From NCBI GenBank assembly GCA_951406725.2, contig OX597816.1, positions 5,642,001-5,706,000 on the forward strand: DNA of 64,000 nucleotides, in the 5' to 3' direction. The notes beneath the pieces were generated by a model. That model was not told the origin of the DNA, made no database searches, and saw only the letters and a list, made by a program, of their open reading frames with translations. Shown piece by piece: positions 53,846 to 64,000 of this stretch. Numbering within the stretch: the stretch's first letter is position 1; each line of letters opens with the position of its first letter. This DNA is from Octopus vulgaris (taxonomy: Eukaryota). Position numbers and translations under genes: made by a program.

Positions 53846-54711
53846 AAACTTTCCAATAAATAATACCAACCCGCACCTCATGATCCAGATGGTTATTTTA
53901 TAATATATATTATTATTTGTGATATACAGGATGGTTCAGAAATCGAAGCAATTCAAATGTTTTTGTAGACACCTATTAATCTCTATATATTCCACGCGTG
54001 CTTCAATGAAATCGATAACTGACAAGTATCAACAGACGCATTTCCCATAAACAACACAATTGTGTAGTGTTTATTTTAAGCATATTTTAAACACATCCCA
54101 AGTAAAGCATTGTATTTCTTCAGTAATTATGAATAATAAATTTTGTTGTACACATGTTTGGTTTTACACGGTATAGTTTTACAGCATTAATCGTAGTACT
54201 TATTCAATGACACAAATACAAAAACGAGAAGAGAGTAGGCTATTAAACCTGTACAGCTAACATCAATATACTGTCATTTTTTTTTTGTTGTAAAGAAGAG
54301 TGAGTTTCGCCGTGTCAATATATCGATTTTTCATTTTGCCCAGTTATGGCGGACATCATCACATATTTCATGGCCCATTAACCCTCACTTAATATGATTT
54401 GTGAATACACAATTAAATCTCAAATAATTAAAAACCCATTGCAAAAATAGCAGCCGAAATGGCTTTCCATTGTTTTGGAGAGAAGCAGCAGCAAACATTA
54501 TCTGAATGTTCTGCTGTGCATTGGAACCAATCCGTTGATTGATTTCGTTCTTGCAACGATATTTGCTTCACAAAATCCTACTCTATTCGCAACATTAGTT
54601 TTCCTATTGATATGCTGACGCTGACATTACAATGTATTTCTGAGTCCACAAATCGGATCCTGAAGCACACATATAAAATTAATGTTTCTCTTATTTTCAT
54701 TTTATTACCCC

Positions 54712-55240
54712 AGTATCATCACAGCTAGACCACCAGATGCTGTTATACACCACTGGTCACAATGCGCTTCCGATTTTATCTTGATTGCGTCATTCTTTTC
54801 TCTCTTCACCCGAATCGCTTAACTAAATCGTCTTCCCATCGTCTTAGAGGCCTTCCAGTTGGCTTTTTCCGATTTCTTGGATACCACTCTTCAACTTCAC
54901 TGCTCCACCTGTTGTCTGTGAAACTTGCGACATGTCCGAAACAGCAGAATTTGTGCTTCCGGTATTCTGCGATCGCATCGGTGACTGCGCTCCGCTCTCG
55001 AATTATCTCAATTCAAACATGGCCTCTTAGTGATCTTCTTGGCATGGGACTTTCCATAGCCCTTTGCATCATAGCCAATCGATGTTATATCTTCTTCATA
55101 GTTACCCACATCTTCATTGCATATAACAGCGCATGTAGGATGGTGCTACTGAAGAGTCTGGCACGCATGGCATTGTCCAGATTTGTTTGGAGTACACCCT
55201 TTAATGTGTTAAAAAGCCACATCTGGAAGATGTTTATATA
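54712..55240 (-). pseudogene. RTE-clade LINE 3' fragment
   Basis: Manual translation: LFSSTILHALLYAMKMW..MQRAME..FGHVASFTDNRWS..WYPRNRKKPTGRPLRRWEDDL, then a short 3' tail. Confidence 0.85.
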
Positions 55241-56049
55241 GATGTACCAAGAAAAATGATTGCACTTATAAAATATAAGAAGATGGTCTAACTTTTATCT
55301 CTTACATATTTCAGTCATTGGGATGCGACCTTAAAGATTTTAAGGCGAACAATTTTACTCCAGTACCTAATTATTCTAAAGACTGCCACTTATTCTTCCG
55401 GTCCCTTTTGTCGAACTCTTAATGCAATGGGGCACAACAATTCAACACTGGTTGTATATATATATATATATATATATATATTTGCCATCTAAATATGGCT
55501 AACCGCTAAGGGTGGATGTTACTGTAGCTTGTAGCCCCAGGTGAACATCTTCTCCAGATGGCTATTGACACACCTTCTGTGCCCTATCAAGTAGTGATTC
55601 CCGCAGAGAGTCGAATATGAAGAGCAGAAATTTAAAAGAAAACACCCAACATTAAAATACAACCAGCCTATTCCATTTAGTTTCCGGGGCAATGTGCGCG
55701 CGCCTATGTGTGTATGCGTGTGTATGTGTGTGTAATCGTTTCTATGTGTATACGAAGTAGGTGTTACATATATTCTTAATAACAATAACAGATTAACTCT
55801 GCTTCATATAACCTAGAGATTCGTGGCCGTGTGAACAGCACCTTCTCATCTGATATTAGGTCATCTAATGTGTGAAAGCTGCGACGGTTCGGTGCCCCGT
55901 CCAGGTGGGGAACCTATACGCTAAGGAAACCGGGAAACCGGCCCTTATGAGCCAGGCGTGGTTAGAGAAGGGACAAACAACAAACAACAATATGCGAAAG
56001 GTTGGACGTGGCCTACGCACTCGAAAATTTTAAGCTATATGGAGCTATA

Positions 56050-56145
56050 TATGTGTGCGTGTATGTGTGTGTATGTCTGTGTGTGCGTGCGTGCAATATG
56101 TGTGTGTCTGTGTGTATGTGTCTGTCTGTGTGTGTGTGTGTGTTT

Positions 56146-56219
<74 letters not shown>

Positions 56220-56240
56220 GTGCTGTGTGTGTGTGTGTGT
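56050..56240. repeat. (TG)n microsatellite
   Basis: Direct reading. Confidence 0.95.
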
Positions 56241-56727
56241 GAAATGAATATGTATTAGGGTTACGGCCGTTTCGAAACGGTAGTCGAGTACCAGGGTCGA
56301 TATAATCGTCTTAGCCACACCCATGAAATTTAAATCAATATTACTTTAGCATACAACTGAACAAGAAAGATACGTAAAGACCACGTGATACACAGTTTCC
56401 AGTTCCTCAGTGCGTTTGATTCTTCCATGTTGGTTTGTAACCTTTCTGTTTTCAAACAGTTTTGTTGTTACAGTTTAATTGCACTTGAAATAGAAAATCA
56501 GGTCCTCTCTCTCTCTCTCTCTCTCTTTCTCTCACTCTCTCTCCTTCTTTCTGTCTGTCTGTCTGTCTCTCCTCCTCTCTCCCTCTCTCTCTCTCTCTCT
56601 CTTTCTCTCCCTCTCTCTTCCTCTGTCTCTCTTCCCACTGTGTTTTAACAGATAAGCAATAAGCATTTTTTGCTCCACTCGCCTGGTCTATTGACCCAAT
56701 TCTGCTGATACCTATATTTTAAGTATT

Positions 56728-57510
56728 CTATGTATGTATGTATATATGTATGTATGTATGTATGCATGCATGTATGTATGTATGTGCGTATGTACGTGTT
56801 ATATATGTATGTATGTATGGGCGTATGTATGTGTGTATGTATGTATGTATGTATGTATGTATGTATGTATGTATGTATGTATGTGTGTGTGTATGTATGT
56901 ATGTATGTATGTGCGTATGTATGTATGTATGTATATATGTATTTATGTATGTATGTATGTATGTGTGTATGTATGTATGTATGAGTGTATGTATGTGCGT
57001 ATGTATATATGTATTATGTATGTATGTATGTATGTGTGCATGTATGTATGTATCTATGTATGTATGTGCGTATGTATGTGTGTATGTATGTATGCATGTG
57101 CGTATGTATGTGTGTATGTATGCGTGTATGTATTATGTATATATGTATATATGTGTGTATGTATGTATATATTTGCGTATGTATATATATATGTATGTAT
57201 GTATGTATATATGTATTTATGTATGTGTGTATGTTTGTATGTATGTATCTATCTATGTATGTTTGTATGTGCGTATGTATGTGTGTATGTATGTATGTAT
57301 GTATGTGCGTATGTATGTATGCGTGTATGTATGTATGTGCATATGTATATATGTATGTATGTATATATGTATGTATGTATGTGTGTATGTATGTATGTAT
57401 GCATGTATGTATGCATGTATGTATGTATGTAAGTATGTATGTATATATGTATTATGCATATATGTATGAATGTATGAATGTATGTATGTATGTATGCATG
57501 CATGTATGTA
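56728..57510. repeat. (TATG)n degenerate microsatellite, ~780 bp
   Basis: Direct reading. Confidence 0.97.
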
Positions 57511-58498
57511 AATCTCCCCTGCAATCAAATATGCTCTTTGCCTGTCTCTCAGCATCCCATTTATCAATCATTGACTTCGATCTTCTTCACAAACTACGAG
57601 TGCATCTACATTATAAACACAAGAAACAGAAAAAAACATAGAAATAAAACATCCCACACAAGCAATATTAAAGCGAAAACTAAAAGCCACCAATCAATAA
57701 CAAAACTCGAGTCACATAACGAGAAACCTGATTATGCTAACGTGATGCTAAACAATTTCACAGTGAGCATGAATGAATAAGCCAGACTCTTGCTCCTACA
57801 ATTCTCTCTTGGCTCTAACCCCACTCCTCTTTCTCCCAAGACCCCTTCCTCCCTTCATCAATCTCTTTACATATCTCTCCCATTAATCTTCGCTTTATGA
57901 CTTCGATGTTATACGTTATTTGTCTGAAGGCTGTTAAAAACCCGATACATTCTTACAAAACGATTAAGACATTTTTTTTTCTTTTTAAAATGGAGTCATG
58001 TGTGTATATAACTATGTTCTGTGAGGAGTGAAGAGTTGTCTTAATTCGTTAGTTTTTCGTTGCATTGCTTTGCTTAATTATTGTATTGTATTGTATTTGC
58101 TTGTTTTATTTTTGTAGTCCAATATTGTCTCTTTTCTTTCGAATAGCTATCACACAGTAATCAAATTCTATTCAATAAATATCTTTTAATTTCCTTTTGA
58201 GAATGATATGTATGAAAAACAAATAGTCAGAAATATAAGAAAGCAGAGAAATGATAAAAATAAAAGAAAGAGGAGAAGACGAAATGATACCAAGGAAAAA
58301 AAATTAAAGATAACAAGGCGGAATGATGGACTAAAAAAACAAAACAACAAAGAATGAAAGAAAGAAAAGAAGGAGAGAAGGCGGAGGAAGATGCAATGAA
58401 ACATAAAGTATTTCCATCTTTATATAGTTGATTGATTGCTCGTGTTGTTTTTGCCAGAGAATATCCAATGGCCATTGTTTGGTTGATATTGTTTATTG

Positions 58499-58499
<1 letters not shown>

Positions 58500-58534
<35 letters not shown>

Positions 58535-58591
58535 GTGTGATATATATATATGTGTTATATATATATATATATATATACCTATGTGTGGGTG

Positions 58592-58666
<75 letters not shown>

Positions 58667-58911
58667 ATATATATATATTTATATATAAATATTTAAATAT
58701 ATATATACGCATATATCTCAATTTATCTATCTATCAATCAATCAATCACTCTAGCTAGCTAGCTACCTCTCTGTCTGTCTGTCTGTCTGTCTGCCTGTCT
58801 CTCTCTCTCTCTCTCTATATATATATACATGTATACACACACACACAAACATATATATATATATACACATACATATATATGCATGTATATATGTATGTAT
58901 GTGTATGTATA

Positions 58912-58943
<32 letters not shown>

Positions 58944-58974
58944 CACACACACACACAAACATATATATATACAC

Positions 58975-59040
<66 letters not shown>

Positions 59041-59045
59041 ACATG
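58500..59045. repeat. TA-rich compound microsatellite
   Basis: Direct reading. Confidence 0.95.
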
Positions 59046-60976
59046 CCTACACCCGCACACACAAATTTATTTCTTCATATCATTCCGTTGTTCAGATGAT
59101 GTCTGTCTAGTTTGTAGTCAATGGAGTCTCGTACTGCTACGGAAATTATTACTTTGCGACTTGCATTACTTTGTCGGCTGCAAAGTTGTTTAGCAATTTA
59201 CTAACATCGACCAATTTACTACTAGACTGACCAACTACCAAGTGAAACACATCTGCCTGTACAATGGTTGGCTTCTTCGTTTCCATGGAGATATTCTTTA
59301 CGGATGCTGATCTGATATATATAAGAGTGCCCATATCACATTTCAACGAACCGTCGTCGGTCTTGTAATAGCAAAAGGAGAAAAGTTTTTGGTGGGAGAA
59401 AATCTGTCTCAGGAACATTTTGATTGTTTAGATGAGAGACGAGAGATGAGTGAGACATTGGAAAATGGAGTAGATCGATGCCAGGAATTGAGAGATAAGA
59501 TATGGAATAAAATGGAATTTCAAAATGTGTATGTAAATGGAAAGAAGAATTAATGGAATTTTAGCGACACAATTGTGCTGTGAAGTAAAAATAGACTTGG
59601 ATTAGATGCAATAATGAAATAGGAATAATGAATTTACAAAATAAAATTATATCAAACGGAATATTACAGAAGATTAATTATTTTTAAGAAAATGTTTTGT
59701 CTTCTTACTGCTTTTCGTTCGTTCCGTTTTCTCTGTGAGTCTTCATATAATTAGTAATTTTCATTGATCGATTCTGCTTGTTAAAAATAGTAACCATTGA
59801 GCAATATATTCTCTTCTATTCGAAAAATGCTGTCAACACTGAATACTCCGTAGAATATTCTGCAGTATAAAGCTCATAAACTCTAAGCTGTTCAGGTTCT
59901 CCCCCATCTCCCAAAACTAACAGTTATTCACTGGGTAAACTATTGGTGCATAAGCAATACACACTCGTTCATTTGAACTAGAATTAAAAGACTGTCTAAC
60001 GATGCATTGACTTGTGGATGGCACGATGCTCTGGGTTCTTTATGCTATCCCAAATAATTGAAGAACCATTATTTGGCTGCGATCCACAAACCATTCAGAG
60101 CGCCGTTGAACTATTGAAATGGCTCACTTCACAAATTCCGTAGAGTTGGAAATGCTTATTTTATTACTTGTTCTACGTTGTTCTCTGAAATAAGACACGT
60201 ATACCTCAAAGGTAAAATTGATGTAGACTGATATTTCCCAATTGAAAACGACTGTTATAAATATCTGGGGTGGAGATGCACGATGGGTAAACTAAGCAAG
60301 CGTCACTGTGACTTTTACAGCTTTGAATTGAATTCTACTTCGGAAAATATTGCTGTGAAAATCAGTGTCGTCGGCAAAGAGAAATGCATTTCCCATCCAT
60401 TTAATTCTACGGGAAATAACAACTTTTTTTATGGCATCTTGATAATCATGAAGTCACAATTGGACGAATTATTTAGTTTCACATTTACGAAGCATGTTTT
60501 GCTAGCAAACCAATGTTCCAATGGCTATTCTACAGGAAGCGTACAGTGTGGCTAGTCTTTTAACTAAGACCAGTTGTCCCTTTTTGTAACACACACACTC
60601 ACACACAAACACACACACAGGTACAAGCACACGCAGACACATAAACATACACACAAAGACTTCGGACCAACTTCGTGGAAGCGTGAAGGCACGCTGGCAA
60701 AATGCTGCTTCTCTAAATGGAAAGCTTACCTGTCCGTGTGGTTTTGCCGCACGAAGCAAAGCAGGCTTTACCGTCCACTCAAGAAAATACATTGTAAATG
60801 GTCCACAAGCACTCAAGTTAGCTGGGTCCTCAACTTGTTCCATTTGAGACAAGGCGTGCTCATAGAACATGATTCCTGCTTCATTTTAGTGAACACTCAT
60901 TTGTCGTTCCCGACAAGAGAATCCATCTTATAGATGCACACATACAATATACATCTTATAGATGCACACATACAAC

Positions 60977-61400
60977 AGGAGTGGCTGTGTGGTAAGTAGC
61001 TTGCTAACCAACCACATGGTTCCGGGTTCAGTCCCACTGCGTGGCTCACTTCTTCTATAGCTCACTTCTTCTATAGTGTCTTCTGCTATAGCACCGGGCC
61101 GAACAATGCCTTGTGAGTGGATTTGGTAGACGGAAACTGAAAGAAGCCTGTCGTATATATGTATATATATATATGTATGTGTGTGTTTGTGTGTCTGTTT
61201 TTGTCCCCTAGCATTGCTTGACAACCGATGCTGGTGTGTTTGCGTCCCCATCACTTAGCGGTTCGGCAAAAGAAACCGATAGAATAAGTACCGGGCTTAC
61301 AAAGAATAAGTCCCGGGGTCGAGTTGCTCGATTAAAGGCGGTGCTCCAGCATGGCCGCAGTCAAATGACTGAAACAAGTAAAAGAGTAAAAGAGTAAAAG
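60977..61400 (+). mobile_element. SINE family B
   Basis: Matches the 19447 copy, with a small internal duplication. Confidence 0.87.
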
Positions 61401-61472
61401 AGATATATATGAGTGTGTGTATGTATGTGTATGTGTGTGTGTATTGTGTGTGTTTATATGTTTGTATGTATG

Positions 61473-61538
<66 letters not shown>

Positions 61539-62439
61539 ATGTATACAACAAGCTTCTTTCAATTTCTGTCTACCAAATCCACATTATAATCTGTTTACGA
61601 ATCCAGTTAAACCGTTCATACATTATTAATGGTTCGAATATCTCGCCCACATCGCAATATTTCTGGTCCTTATACTCGTTTTCTGATCGATTCTCGTTGT
61701 TAAATAAGTGGAACTCCAGAAATCAAACACTTTTCATCTCAAAAGATATTAATTAGCAGGTCGTGAAAAGCAAGAAGGACCTGAAAAGTAAAAAGGAAAT
61801 TTCACGAAATGCACTTTATAGTCCCGTAATGATGGAATAAATCACTTCTGTGCTGAGTGTGTGTGCAGTGTTTCTATTATGCATTAGATGAAGAGGAGGC
61901 CATTTCCGACTTTCCGAAGCATTAGACAAACCGTGTGTTCCAGTCAGTCACTAAAGCATCAATTTGTTAGTCGAAGCATATGATGGATTACGTTTAATCG
62001 GATTTTGTACGAGAAAGGTTACTGCGAGAAGCATGTAAGATAAAATAAATGAATGTAAACCAGTATTAATTTTACTGTGATATATCCATTATTCGCAGAG
62101 GTGTTTGGTGAACTACGATATATCGGAAAGTTATCAGTACAACTGCAACGTTTTCGGCTTCTAAGAACGTCGCACAAGTTTAATACAGTTGTTAAGATGA
62201 GCAATTTATTCCGTAGCAACCAAGTGGAATTTTCTTGAAACTAATTTGGTGCTGTACACTCTGCCTCAAAAATATTGTCCATGAATTGCGATCACCATTT
62301 CTTACCTCTGTTGTAGAGAGCAGCAGTGAAATGAGGTCGAATCGTTTCAGGTATTGGACCATCGATCGGTATCCTTGATTTGTCACATATCGGTGAAGTT
62401 CCAGTTTACATGTTGGCTTCCAGTGACCATGTATATCTA

Positions 62440-63217
62440 ATTCTTTTTCTACCCACAAGGGGCTAAACATAGAGAGGACAAACAAAGACAGACAAATGGA
62501 TTAAGTCGATTATATGGACCCCAGTGCGTAACTGGTACTTAATTAATCGACCCCGAAAGGATGAAAGGCAAAGTAGACCTCGGCAGAACTTGAACTCAGA
62601 ACGTAAGGGCAGACGAAATACCTATTTCTTTATTACCCACAAGGGGCTAAACACAGAGGGGACAAACAAAGACAGTCAAACGAATTAAGTCGATTATATG
62701 GACCCTAGGGCGTAACTGGTACTTATTTAATCGACCCCGAAAGGATGAAAGGCAAAGTCGACCTCGGCGGAACTTGAACTCAGAATGTATCGGCAGACGA
62801 AATACCTATTTCTTTATTACCCACAAGGGGCTAAACACAGAGAGGACAAACAAAGACAGACAAACGGATTTAGTCGATTATATGGACCCTAGTGCGTAAC
62901 TGGTACTTATTTAATCGACCCTGAAAGGATGAAAGGCAAAGTTGACCTCGGCGGAATTTAAACTCAGAACGTAGCGGCAGACGAAATACCTATTTCTTTA
63001 TTACCCACGAGGGGCTAAACATAGAAGAAACAAACAAGGACAGACATAGGTATTAAGTCGATTACAGCGACCCCAGTGCGTAACTGGTACTTAATTTATC
63101 GACCCCGAAAAGATGAAAGGCAAAGTCGACCTCGGTGGAATTTGAACTCAGAACGTAACAGCAGACGAAATACCGCTAATCATTTCGCCAGGCGTGCTAA
63201 CGTTTCTGCCAGCTCGC
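62440..63217 (-). mobile_element. SINE family A tetramer with 17-bp TSD
   Basis: TSD cagtgaccatgtatatc at 62421-62437 and 63225-63241. Confidence 0.9.
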
Positions 63218-63619
63218 TGATATACAGTGACCATGTATATCATTAGGATTAGACAAATCTTACGGACCGCTATAACTTACATAAACCCCGTAGAAGTGAC
63301 AAACATTTTGTTAGAGTATATAACTGCAAAAATGTGTGCCACTTGGTAATAATAAAGCTCTATTCGAAACGCATTAAATAAAGATGAAGTCTTTAAGAAT
63401 TGTTCTTTCAGTGCTTGGCCTTTTATAAAACAGTGATGAGAAAAAAAGTTTTTTAAAGAACGTAGGAATCTTGTTGGATATTGTCGTCATGATAAGAGGC
63501 TTTGTTTTCCCCTCCCCTGAAAGGATTTCACTTCATCGAAAAGACAAATAATGATGCAGTTATTGCATACTGAAAAGGCATGAATAATACTACTTCCCAC
63601 TTTAGGCTTCAAACATTTT

Positions 63620-63810
63620 CTTTTGCTTCCTTCAGTTATTTGACTACGGCCATGCTGGAGCACCGCCTTGAGTCGAACAAATCGACCCCAGGATCTATTC
63701 TTTGTAAGCCTTGTACTTATGCAATCGGTCTCATTTGCTGAACTGCTAAGTTACGGTTGTCAAGCGATGGTGGGAGCACAAACACCGACACACAAGCATA
63801 TACACACATA
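63620..63810 (-). mobile_element. Diverged SINE family B 3' part
   Basis: ggccatgctggagcaccgcc..aaatcgacccca. Confidence 0.7.
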
Positions 63811-64000
63811 CACATTCATATATATTTTATATATATTATTTCTATTATTATATGATTGAACGCCACGCATCCTCTTCCAAGTAAGTTTTATCTAAATAAT
63901 TCTGATCCGCACTCTACTATACTTTTACGCTTTCGTTTTTTCTCTCTTCCTTTCTCCCCTTCTCCCCCTCCTGTTTTTTTCTCACTTATCCTATTTCCTC

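Noticed and set aside
62440-63217. Regularly spaced repeats resembling a CRISPR array
   Set aside because: The whole ~183-bp unit repeats with no unique spacers, no cas genes are present, and it is a eukaryotic SINE with a TSD.

Overview
AT-rich, microsatellite-dense eukaryotic DNA, apparently intronic or intergenic. The SINE and microsatellite content suggests an Octopus-like coleoid cephalopod (inference). No intact host gene was recognised. The window is a mosaic of mobile DNA: three tRNA-derived SINE families, an internally deleted CR1-group LINE, R4/Dong-type RLE LINE fragments, an RTE fragment, a Neptune-like Penelope (GIY-YIG) fossil, mariner and hAT derivatives, and two non-autonomous Helitrons. 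The main discovery is that at least seven non-coding repeat families carry type I hammerhead ribozyme motifs, most with palindromic stem III. These include tandem 533-571 bp retrozyme-like units and a tRNA-headed (Pol III) hammerhead element. Several are integrated as tail-out inverted pairs (palindromes up to about 2 kb), many inside (TA)n tracts. A second unusual feature is a SINE that integrates as one head plus several headless bodies joined at a fixed hairpin-loop position. All folding and alignment was done by eye, and boundaries of decayed elements are approximate.
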